From NCBI GenBank assembly GCA_018398765.1, contig JAHBMJ010000409.1, positions 1 to 47,942 on the forward strand: a stretch of 47,942 nt of DNA, given 5' to 3'. Every line of letters starts with the position of its first letter. Position 1 is the first letter of the stretch. The stretch comes from Chromera velia. Lineage: Eukaryota. Of this stretch, positions 38,009 through 47,942 are shown piece after piece. The notes beneath the pieces are model-generated. The model was not told where the DNA came from. It did not search any database and worked only from the letters and a program-made list of their open reading frames with translations. A program made the translations under genes and the position numbers.

Positions 38009-38352
38009 CGTAAGGAGGTAACTCCTCTTCTCCTAAGTGAGCGCACTTAGTTCGGTCAGATCTCTACTATGGAAAGTCTGTCAGTTCAAAGTTCACTTCC
38101 AAACTGCTTCTAGAAGCTTTGTAAGCAACTGTTGTTTACTTAATCCAGGCTATACGCAGCTGACTGAATTAATTCCATTTTATTTTTATTTTATTTAATT
38201 CTCTTCTAATACAGACTGGCATGGCGGCGCCTCCATGAGCCTGCGTGCATGTGTTGGTCTCTGAGCTGCGGGCATTCCGTGCGGCGGCGGTGCGCGTTAG
38301 TTCGGCTCACCCTGGGATTGGCCGGTCCCGTGGCTCGCCTCACTATGTTACG
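38009..38352 (-). repeat. 5' LTR (344 bp)
   Basis: Matches 32868-33211 and is followed by the TSD ccttt. Confidence 0.96.
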
Positions 38353-38983
38353 CCTTTAGTTTCGAATCTAGGAGCAATCTGCTTATTGATTACTTTCAGT
38401 GTGACTTCTTCCTTAATAGGATAGAAAAACAAAGAGAAGACAGGAAAGACTAGACAAAAACTTCATAAAAGTTTCTTCCCTGAGCAAAGGCTGCCCTTTA
38501 CTGCCCTTTGAGTGGAGAGAAAGGCTTTAATCAACTTAAATCAAGTAGAGGCCCCACCTATTTGCCCGGCCCTTTTCTTGCTGAAGTTTCCTATACTGCC
38601 ACTATACTGCTACTGAGTCGATCCGCTCTGCCAGACTTAATTCCGCGCGCAAGGCGCGCGATCTGACTTGTATATATATTTTTTGGAAAAACATTTTTAA
38701 TTGCACGCGCGTATAGTTTTACGCACGTATATATATATGTAGGTATGCAATCATGTACGCATATATATATTATAGTACGTACAGTGACACAGTTCGAATC
38801 TGATGTGATTTAATTGTCAACTGATGTGTGTGTAAGATTCTCTGAATGCTGATTAGGTGCTAGAAAGGTTCGCATTGATCGTCAGAGAAGCAGTGAAAGT
38901 CCATACGTAGAGACCACATATATATATAGATCCGTCGTGGAGAAGGTCGACGGGTGGAGCGCAGTTTCGCTGTTCGCTACTGC

Positions 38984-41900
38984 ATGTGCAAGGCGATGGC
39001 CCTCCACAAGACAAAAACCTGGAAACAGTCCTTCCCTGAAGGAACAGTGGAGCGTCTGCGGGACGCCGTGTGGTTGGATAATTATGCGATCGACTTCTAT
39101 CTCGCCTCGTCTCTTGATGCTTTGAAAACGCGAGAGCTCAGAGATAAGATCCACGTGGAAGACACTTCATTCTTCCCTCTACTGATGCAGCAAGATCTCT
39201 CTGGAGCCTCGCTGGGAGGTTATTCCTACGAAGCCATCAAAGCGAGACTCCAACCCGAAAGCAGACGCATGAAAGGGAAAACTCTGGAAGAGAAAGAGAT
39301 TATCCTTGTGCCGGTCCACGAGGAGAAAGTCCACTGGTTTCTGGCCGTCCTGCTTAGTCCTTCTCTACGCCACCGTATGAGTCCCACTTTGTTAGCTGCC
39401 GCAGCCCAGTGGGTGCTCGTCATAGTGGACCCGAAAAGCAAGCACCTGTCCACCTGGAAGAAACAAAATGTGGTAACTCCTCTCAAGAAGCTGATGAAGC
39501 GCGAAAATTTGATCCCCACAAGTTCTAGTCTTCAGGTGGTTGGTCAGGTAACAGGGCTTCCTCGACAGGAAAACGACTTTGACTGTGGAGTTTTCCTCTG
39601 TCGGTATGCGGTGGAAATCCTGAAAGATTTTTGCCGGTATTCGTCAAAGAAATGGTTTGAATCCGCCAATAGCTCTTCCCTCCTCACACTCATTCAGGCC
39701 AGCAACAACAATGGAGCGCAAGAATCTGAGTCAGCTCCCACACCTGCCTGCTTCGCCTCCCTGACTCAAGAGGCGATCCTAGGCCACAGAAGGGCTTACT
39801 ACAACTTGATGGACAAGTGGAAAAGAGAGAAAGCGGAGAGAGCAAACATGTGGGACACACCAGCCTTCAAGGAAAGGCGCACAGTCGAGATGTGTGATCT
39901 CGTTACAGACGGGGCATATTCTCGGCGGGCGTCACTCTTTGCACAGATTGCCAGCCGTGCAAAGGACCTTTTCGATGGGATTTCCGGGGTCGTTGGGAAT
40001 CCGTTGAAGTGGCAAAGTCCCCCGGCTCCCTTGCCGAACGTGACGCACGGGGGAGATCAGACTGCGAGTATGCCAAGGTTGGTCGGATCGATGCGATTGG
40101 AATCCAAGTGTTCATTTTCTTATGTTTTCTTACCCAAAGTCTTTCTTTTGTGTCTGCGTCTATGTTTCTATGACATTGTGTATGTGTATGTATGAGTGAG
40201 AGAGAAAAAGAGAGAGACAGACCGGGAGAGGAAGAGAGAGAAAGAAAAGCAGAGAGAAGGTTGAAAAGACGGATCCGCGCAAAGTTCTGTGCTACAGGTC
40301 ATTTGCTCTTCCCATCTCGGCGCATCTCAGTATGTCAATTTTCTGTCCTTGCAACGCCTTTCTTCCTTACAGATTCTCCCACCACAGAGAGAGAGAGAGA
40401 GAGAGAGAGAGAAGAATTCACTGCCTTCGTATTAATTTTCTGCTTGTTGTATCCCTAGTGCTCGTTGGAGTCCACGAAAGCCTATAGAACTTCGTGGTTG
40501 GTTGGTTACCAGCTCGATCTTTTATTTGCTTCGGTTTTTCTGTGTGTACGTGCCAGGGGTCCGCAAGGCTCAGTTCAAAAGTTCTTTCTGTGTTTCTCCA
40601 GTTCTCTCTGAGATCAATCTTGCAGCAGACAAGATGCTCTTTGTTTGCAGATCTTCACATCCAGGTCCCAACTACCGCAAGCTCTGGACGGAAGGATTTG
40701 TGCCTTCATGGAACTACTGGTGGCACACGCAGCAATCTCAGAAACCAACGCTGGAAGACAGACCCCCGAAAAAAGGTCAGACAGATAGGAAAAAATGTTG
40801 CGAGAAGGCGGACAAACACTCAGTCGCTCTGGTCATGCAAGAGATTTCTTACAGTCGCCTCTATGAATTCAGCTGTTCTCAGATCTGTTCTGACGCCCAT
40901 AGATACGTCTCTATGCACATCGCTGCATGCGCATGCAGGTTCTCGAGTCGACTTGTGAAACCGAAGCAGAGAGAAGAGAGGCCCTAGGAGAGACCAGAGT
41001 TTCCACGAGGTGCGTCACACACTGAGCTCTTTTAGAAGCAAGCCACCTGGATGTGCCGGGTGTGCGGCCAGGTTGCGACGACCTTTGTGTTGGGTTTTTG
41101 GTTCAGTCGATTTGTCACTTAGTCAGTTGGTTCAGTCAGTGCTTCTTGCATGCATATGCTGACTGATCTTTCTAGGTGCCGATCGACCGGTGATCAAGGT
41201 AGCTATATTCTCTAGCTCTCGTGCGACTTGGTCACTGATGGTAACGAGGCAGCCACGTCCCTTTTCATCTGACTGCAAGCTGACATCGACTTTGCAACTG
41301 TGTCCCCCGTATGGTATCAGCGAATGCTTGGTGAAGTTTGAGCTCTCTTCATGCCTTGCTTTCGCGGTTCCCTGTGTGTTTGAAGCCGCTGCGCAACACT
41401 AGACTGATCCAGATTTGATTGATTCTTGTCTGGGTCGGTCTCTGGCTGAGGAAGAGTCATGTATTGGTCTCTCTCTTCCCCAGTCAGTGTGACGTCTTGA
41501 GGTGCCGATCGGCTTGGTGTCCATGCAGAAGCATGCATGTTCACGGATAGCAACGAGGCAGCCATGGCCCCAGCTGCGTGTGTTGTTTGTATCGTCCTTG
41601 GAACTTTGAATGGCCATACGGGGGATGGGCCGCCCTGACCTTTCGACTGGGGCATGCTTCTTTTTTTGTGTCTATCTATCTTCTGCAAAGGCTCATTCTG
41701 TCTTCGGCTGCATTTGATTTTGCTGTCGACGTGCAGGCAGGCCTCAAGATCGTCTAAGGATCTCAGGGTGCGGGATGAGAAGCCAGAGTCCCTGGGGAGG
41801 TTGCTGCAACACCAAAAGACCGTACGTATGTCTGTGGGTTTCGTCTGAACTTAGCAATCTGCTTTGCTCTTCAACCGTTTGTGTTTGTATTCGAAAGTGG

Positions 41901-42144
41901 GCCTGTTGCTATTTTCTTCTGAAAATTCCTAAAAGTGTCTCACTGAATTCCTCACATGCCGCGTTTTCACTTGTCAAGTTTCTTTGATCCTCTTTGCCTC
42001 TCTGTACCCAATTTCTGTTCGTGTGTTCTCCCTCTGCCTGTGTATCTGGCTGTGCGTTTCCATGTCTGTGTGCACATTTCTTTTGTGTACTGGATCTCTT
42101 TGCTTCTTTTTCTTTCTATTTTTCTTTCTTTCTTTTTTTTTTGC

Positions 42145-42176
<32 letters not shown>

Positions 42177-43917
42177 TCGTTCGTTCGTTCGTTCTTTCTT
42201 TCTTCCTTTCTTTCTTTCTTTCTTTCTTTCTTTTTCTTTCTCTCTATCTTTCTTCCTTCCTTCCTTCCTTCCTTCTTTCTTTCTTTCTTTCTTTCTTTCT
42301 CTACGTGTCTCACTTCGTGTATCTGTATGCCATTGGGCAGACCGGACCTCCTGTACGTGTGTGTCTGCATGAGATTGCAGGGAGAGGCCCGTGAGAACTC
42401 GAGGAGCAAATCGAGGTGCGTCACACACTGTATGAGCTCTTTTAGAAGCAAGCCACCTGGATGTGACGGGTGTGCGGCCAGGTTGCGATGACCTTTGTGT
42501 TTTTATGTTTTTTGTTCAGTCGACTTTTCAGTCAGTCAGTCACTTGGCTGGTCAGTTAGTGTTTCCTGTGCTGGCCTAGGCGCTGGCTGCGGTGCTGACG
42601 GGCAGGCCATACCGAGGTTTTTCCTCCTGATCTTTCGACTGGGACAGGCTCCTTTTCTTGTGTCTATCTTCTGCAATGGCTCATTCTGTCTTCGGCCGCT
42701 GCAATTTATTTTGCTGTCGTGCAGCAAACGCCGAGATAGAGAGCGAGCCGTTTTGTCGGCGAATGCGCAGAAGGTGAGTGGTCACAGTGAAGGTCAGGAA
42801 TTTGTTGAAGTCAGGTGAATGCCATTGGTCACAAGCGCATGAGATCAGGCGTTCCTTGACGCGTTTTTCGATTCGAAGAAGTGCATCTCAGGAAATTCGT
42901 TTCTCCACGTTCATTTCATGCTCTCCTGCTGTGGCATTAATGCTTTGTAGTGAAAAGGTCTTGCTCTCCATTTGTGAATGTTTTTCAACTCGTTATCTTC
43001 TGAACAAAGAGTTTCTCTGCAGGTCACTGAAAGTCATGTTCGATGCTTGTACTCTTCACGATGTTTGCAGGAAAAGACATTCAACAAAAATTCCACACAG
43101 TTGGCGTCCGCAGCTTCCGCCGTGCAGCCTTCCAAGTGTGTCAAAAACTCCCTTTCTGGCTATCTATCTTTCCGCCTCGTTCTCTCTGTGTGAATGCTCT
43201 TTTTTTCTATCCCCCTTTCGGTCGGTCTATCGATGCATCCATCCATCTGTTTGTTAGCTGTGTCTTGTGGGAGTGTCGACTCATGTGACCTTTAACTGTC
43301 TATCTGTCTGGCTGGCTAGGTCTATCTACCAACTTTTCGGCTACTCTCAGTCGTGACGGCCCATCCATGTTCACTCGATAAAAAGAGAATGGACTTTGCT
43401 TTTTAGATCAACTAAGAGTCAGGAGGTAGTTCTTGAGTGTTGATGCATCCATTCTTTTGATTCACTGTCTCTGTCACTGAACTGTGGTTTTTGCTGATCT
43501 TCTTTCTCCTTTCAAGCTGTTTATTTTTGCCTGATTGCAGAGTTCTCAAGCTGTTTTTTTTTTTCTGTTGCCTGATTGCAGAGTTCTCAAGCTGTTTTTT
43601 TTTTCTGTTGCTTGATTTCAGAGTTCTCAAGCTGGTTTTTTTTTCTTGTTGCCTGATTGCAGAGTTCTCAAGCTGTTTTTTTTTTCTGTTGCCTGATTGC
43701 AGAGTTCTCAAGCTTTTGTTTTTTCTTGTTGTCTGATTGCAGAGTTCTCAAGCTGTTTTTTTTCTTGTTGCCTGATGGCAGAGTTCTCAAGCTGTTTTTT
43801 TTTTCTGTTGCCTGATTGCAGAGTTCTCAAGCTGGACACCGTTGGGCGGAAGGGTCTTCAGACTGCGACAGGGGTCAGATGCGGCGGCGGCCGACGCAAG
43901 TGCTGAATAGAGGGTAG
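38984..43917 (+). CDS. Ulp1/SENP-like (peptidase C48) SUMO/ubiquitin-like protease; catalytic domain in exon 1 (38984-40077), small putative downstream exons
   Basis: C48 motifs with a His-Asp-Cys triad and oxyanion Gln: WLDNYAIDFYL, TSFF, IILVPVHEEKVHWFLAV, IVDP, PRQENDFDCGVFL. Donor AG|gttggt at 40077. Candidate exons at ~40651/40665-40774, ~40939-41009, 41737-~41821, 42381-42415, 42725-42773 and 43822-43917. The last five chain in phase; the link to exon 1 is uncertain. Confidence 0.8.
42118..42302 (+). repeat. (TTTC)n/(TTCG)n/(TTCC)n microsatellite
   Basis: Read directly from sequence. Confidence 0.95.
43513..43834 (+). repeat. Minisatellite, 8 copies of a ~40-bp unit gcctgattgcagagttctcaagctg(t)nctgtt
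   Basis: Units start at ~43529, 43570, 43610, 43651, 43691, 43731, 43770 and 43810. Confidence 0.95.
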
Positions 43918-44736
43918 AAAAGAGTACGGGGGGAAGATTTGGTTCAACCGTCAGGAACGCTTTCAAGGAAAGAGGTCTGGGGAAAAGTTTGAGCTTCCAT
44001 CTGCGCATTTCCAGTGCTGCAGTCTCCAAGTCAAACAGCCGGTAATGTTTTGATGTAGGCTTTGTCTTGTGTCACACAGCTACTAGTCCTCATACGTAGA
44101 ACGTTGCCTCACAAAAGAACATTACACAACTGGACCGAAAAACTTGTAGGCAACGTGACTTAGAGCTAGACGTAGAGGCTTCACTCCTTTCAGGCTATTT
44201 CCTGCTTATGATCATCATAAATATCAATCATATTATCACACGCACGCCGTTGTTATTAGCATAAGCTTTTAGTCTAGCTTTTGGTACATTTTAATTAAAT
44301 GATATTGAAAAATACTATGTGGAAATCAAATCGGCTATCGGGTACACATCCACCATGCAGTTTTATCAGCTTTTAGCCCTTGTACTACATATAAGATTGA
44401 TTTTGTTTTTTAAAAAAATGGTAGATTTTTTAAAATCTATTTTTATCATATATGCTATATATGAAGGATATGTAGCTCCTTTTGTTTCGTTTACTAAGCA
44501 TCTGGCCCGGCTCCTTGATAACTATCTCTTTGTAGGCACTATCGTAGGCATAGGAGAACCTTGTCTTAAGAAACCAAAAACTAGACCAAAAAAGAAAAGA
44601 AAATGCAAACGAAAAGAAATGTGTCGCAAAATCTAAGCAAAAGAATAATTTGGTGAATAGGCAAGAAAACAGGAAGGACAAAGGAACGAAGAAAGAATAT
44701 TTTATGCTCATGCTGCTCTGACTGACTTCCACTGCA

Positions 44737-45699
44737 GGTAGCAAGATATTGCGGGATTTTAGCCTAGGATTTTAGCGGATTTTACGGGATTTTGGCCAGG
44801 ATTTTAGCGGATTTAGGCGGATTTTGCCTAGGATTCTGCCGGACTATTTCTCCAGGATTTTAGAATCTAAAATCCTGGCTCTAAGGATTATCAAAGGTGT
44901 TTAGTCACTTGTGATTAGAATATATTTAATTATCCCATGAAGTGATTAAATGTGATTGAATGAAGTGATTAATTAGCCAAAGTCCGATTCTTACTAGTCT
45001 TTAATACCTTTGGTCATTCTAATGGTGCGTGGTTTTTTTTTTACGTTACAAAAAAAAATGTTTTGGGAGTAGCCTAGAGGCTTGTGCACATCCAGCCCAC
45101 CGCTCCTATAGTGGCCGCAGCCATTGGTGCATGCATTCGGAGCCGAATAGCCGATTGTACATATTGTATCAAAAATCAGGTCTTCATGCATGAGTTTCAA
45201 ACACAAGGTAAGATGCAAACTTAAAGTAACAGCAAGCCATGATACCTGTGTTAAAAAAAAAAAATCAAAAATGTAGCCCGGGGCCCGGGGGGATTATATT
45301 CCTGAATATATTCCTGATTATATTACTTTTGAAGTGAGTAACTAGTGAATAAATATATTCCGTGATTAAACACCTTTGAGAATTATAAAGACTAAAATGC
45401 TGGACCCTAGGATTTTAGAAATGAATGCCAGGATTTTATGGGATTTTATGGGATTTTACGGGATTATATCTTTCCCATAAAATCCCGTATAATCCCATAA
45501 AATCCTTAGAAGAGGCTAGGATTTTAGCTTTCTTCCAGGATTTTAGATTCTAAAATCCTAGATGTAGGGATTGTATTTTTAACGTTAAGAGTCCGGCAGA
45601 ATCCTGGGCAAAATCCGTCAAAATCCGCTAAAATCCTGGCTAAAATCCCGTAAAATCCGCTAAAATCCTGGGTTAAAATCCCGCAAAATCCTGGCTATT
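44737..45699. mobile_element. Foldback-type element with ~110-bp TIRs built of GGATTTT subrepeats
   Basis: 44737-44844 is the near reverse complement of 45590-45699. tgca flanks both ends (44733-44736, 45700-45703). Internal hairpins ccaggattttagaatctaaaatcctgg at ~44852 and ~45535. Confidence 0.88.
44892..45378. mobile_element. MITE (487 bp) nested in the foldback element, CAAAGG termini, 8-bp TSD (P-element-like ends)
   Basis: TIR caaaggtgtttagtcac / gtgattaaacacctttg. TSD aggattat (44884-44891) and agaattat (45379-45386) differ by one G/A. Confidence 0.8.
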
Positions 45700-45925
45700 T
45701 GCAAGGTCAAGAGGGAGTACCCCTCGATCCAGACAAAGACTCTCCATGCTTATATATTTGCAGCTAGACTTACAGAAAGGAAATGATAAGCTAAATCTTA
45801 AGCATGCGTATCAGACACAGCCTAATAGTCACACAGCCTAATTGTTTGCTTTCCTTCTTCAATCCTCAATATCTATAACCATCTACTGGCATCTAGGTAA
45901 TCATCCGTCCTTTGCTGAATTAAGG

Positions 45926-46130
45926 CTAGGCTCCCCATACATAAAAAAATAAATAAATAAATTTAGGTCAAAACCTGAACTAGTTTTTTTATTTTTTTAT
46001 TTTTGTGCGTCAACTGGGCTTTGAGCTTCGAACTTGAAGTGTCTACTTCAAAAAAATAAATAAAAAAACAAAAAGTAAAAGGGATTTTGGGCAATTAACT
46101 TTTTGATTTTTTTACATATGGGAAGCCTAG
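45926..46130. mobile_element. MITE (205 bp), CTAGG termini, TSD aattaagg
   Basis: TIR ctaggctccccatacataaaaaaa versus reverse complement ctaggcttcccatatgtaaaaaaa. aattaagg occurs at 45918-45925 and 46131-46138; alternatively a 10-bp TSD gaattaaggc with TAGG ends. Confidence 0.9.
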
Positions 46131-47056
46131 AATTAAGGCAATGACTGGTGGCTATGTCCGACGGGGATGCCCAAGAAAATGGAAGATGCCCTGTTTGCTT
46201 TCACAAGAGGGTCAGCTAGAGATGAAATTCACCGTATAAGTTAAGAAGTTAAGATGGAATGTTAAGACACTGAGGGGGAAAAACAGAAACTTGATGAGCT
46301 TACTCATAAAATAAAGAAGCGTACGTCAATTAAACATAGAATAGATTGACTCTGATTGAGCAACCAGTGCAGATTGCATATGCAGCCCTACCTTCAGCCG
46401 GATAAGGCCCCACGTCATAAAAGATATGAGAATATGTCCGATATAAACTTAACTAAAGAGAGGTGTATTCAAGATATAGTGGCTTTTATATCGCAGTTCC
46501 AACCTCTGGCTAGAATGGGAGGAATAGCCTAGGAGGTAGCTGATTGTCCTAGTAACTGTCTAACCATGTAATTAAGTTTGTTTGAACATACATGCCCTAC
46601 CCGCCTTTGTGCCTAAGTTTCACTATTTTAGAAACAGACATTGCAAATATCATGCCCCGTGGTTAGCCAGAGCCTACTAAATGGTCATTCATCGGCTTTA
46701 ACCGCCTCAATTCATCTAGCAATTCATTCATTTAAAAATTAAAAGCTGACAAAATATGTTTGTATATGAATAGAAGTCTAACTTCTAAACTAACTTCAAC
46801 TTGTCTTCAAGATCGACCAATTAAATGTACAAGTGAAGCAAATTATGACAGAAGATTCAATGCTAGGAACTTAGTAGGAAGATTGTTCATTTGAATTTTG
46901 ATTCAATCTAGAATTAGTACATATGATTCCAAATTCAGACACTTAATGACACGCGTACGTAGGTTATCATACACGTTTGAATGCCAGAGGCTGATGCAAT
47001 CTGATGCACAGATAACTTTTTCGTCCGCCAGTCATGTAGTCCGGTTTTGTCCAATT

Positions 47057-47266
47057 TCAAGACGAATAGATTCTTACTGTTTTATCAAAAGAAGCCGTGG
47101 CCACCAAGATGCTCGCGTTTCTTCCGTTGTCGCATCCCGGCTCCCCATTGCCGTGAACCCCCCCCCTCGCACCGAGGACATCCACGCCCCGCACGACCCC
47201 CGAGTGCCCCTGAAGACGGGAGACGACACGCTCAGAGGGAACGTCCCAGCACAACACCTCCCCACC
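47057..47266 (-). CDS. WD40-repeat protein, last exon (partial gene)
   Basis: GGEVLCWDV...VVSRLQGHSGVVRGVDV...LVATASFDKTVRIY* is a typical terminal WD40 blade. Acceptor tcttctcgcag at 47267. Upstream exons unresolved or beyond the window. Confidence 0.8.
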   Translation of the reverse strand, partial: GGEVLCWDVPSERVVSRLQGHSGVVRGVDVLGARGGVHGNGEPGCDNGRNASILVATASFDKTVRIYSS

Positions 47267-47856
47267 CTGCGAGAAGAAAGAATGAAGGAAGACGTACAGA
47301 AGAGAGGATTGAAAGGAGGGAGAGGAAGCCCGCAGACACAAAAGCAAGTACACAGACAAACGAAAAAGACAGGCAGGCAGACAACATGACGCGTAACGAC
47401 AGAGACGTCCCAACAGTCCATTGCTATCGTTCCTCCATCCCTCCCGGGTGCAGATGCGCTTCATGCATCAAGCTAGTGCTAGAAGGTGTGAGAACCTCTC
47501 AGTCAAACAGTCAATGTGCAAAGAGAGCCTAGCTAGCTGGCAAACGAGGAAGAAGGGTTAGACAAGAAATCCGTACATTAATCAGAGAGAACGACACAGG
47601 GAGAAAAAGCCAACTAACGTACAGAGAAAGCCAACACATCTTCGATCCCAACGAATCCGATCCGATGGATCTCCTCACTGCTTCGTTCGTTCAACTCGTT
47701 CCATCCCTGCCGCCCTTTAATTCCTTTTCCCTCAGATTTTCTTCCATGCTTCTTTGATTGATGAAATCAGTCAGGCAATCACTCCCTCAGTCATATACTT
47801 ACTCATTTACAACCTGCCTTTCAACCGCATACTTTCTCTCTCTTCTTTTAATTGGT

Positions 47857-47942
47857 GTGCATGCCTATTGTTTTTCTGCCTTCAACAAAGAGGGTGCGTG
47901 CATGCCTATTGTTTTTCTGCCTTCAACAAAGAGGGTGCGTGC
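47857..47942 (+). repeat. Tandem repeat, 41-bp unit, two or more copies, truncated by window end
   Basis: gtgcatgcctattgtttttctgccttcaacaaagagggtgc occurs twice. Confidence 0.9.

Larger units (their letters stand above)
32868..38352 (-). mobile_element. Ty3/gypsy (chromovirus-type) LTR retrotransposon, degenerate, RT deleted
   Basis: Two 344-bp LTRs and a 5-bp TSD ccttt (32863-32867, 38353-38357). PBS-like and PPT sequences are present. The minus strand carries gag, protease, RNase H, integrase and chromodomain in that order. Confidence 0.97.
44319..46700 (+). pseudogene. Heavily decayed ORF relic interrupted by TIR elements
   Basis: Removing 44737-45703 keeps the frame: ...ALTDFHC|KVKREYPSIQTKTLHAYIFAARLTERK. 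Downstream of the 45926 MITE another protein-like frame (NDWWLCPTGMPKKMEDALFAFTRGSARDEIHRIS*EVK...) is punctuated by TAA/TAG/TGA. Family not recognised. Confidence 0.35.

Noticed and set aside
41956..42491. Several overlapping ORFs
   Set aside because: (TTTC)n microsatellite artefacts.
43513..43834. CRISPR-like array of ~25-bp repeats
   Set aside because: The intervening sequences are near-identical poly-T tracts, not unique spacers. No cas genes are present and the context is eukaryotic.
44750..45690. Interstitial telomeric repeats (GGATTTT-like)
   Set aside because: The units are irregular and arranged as inverted arms, which fits transposon TIR subrepeats.
1..47942. tRNA, rRNA or other structured RNA genes
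   Set aside because: None recognisable by eye. tRNAscan-SE or Infernal would be needed to exclude them.

Overview
Eukaryotic, intron-rich nuclear DNA. It has GT-AG introns full of GAAA/GACA/ATTC microsatellites and many TGCATGCA motifs; the style resembles a chromerid alveolate such as Chromera (inference only). Genes I could reconstruct: a 3-exon MYND-finger gene (-), a ~16-exon, ~1,600-aa SecA-like DEVD ATPase with a TPR-like extension (+), two tandem paralogous spliced genes of unknown function (-), a small multi-pass membrane protein (+), an Ulp1/C48 SUMO-protease-like gene (+) and the last exon of a WD40 gene (-). A fragmented coding relic with a Cys cluster lies at the left end. Mobile DNA: a Ty3/gypsy chromodomain LTR retrotransposon (344-bp LTRs, CCTTT TSD, RT deleted) and five non-autonomous TIR elements with TSDs or candidate TSDs, some nested. 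The strongest signal is transition-only C>T/G>A mutation (CpG and CpA) in the retroelement. All 18 LTR differences are transitions and every in-frame stop I checked is one C>T away from CGA/CAG/CAA, which suggests a RIP-like or methylation-driven genome-defence process. The same element appears to have had non-canonical CG...CG termini. All alignments and exon models were done by eye.
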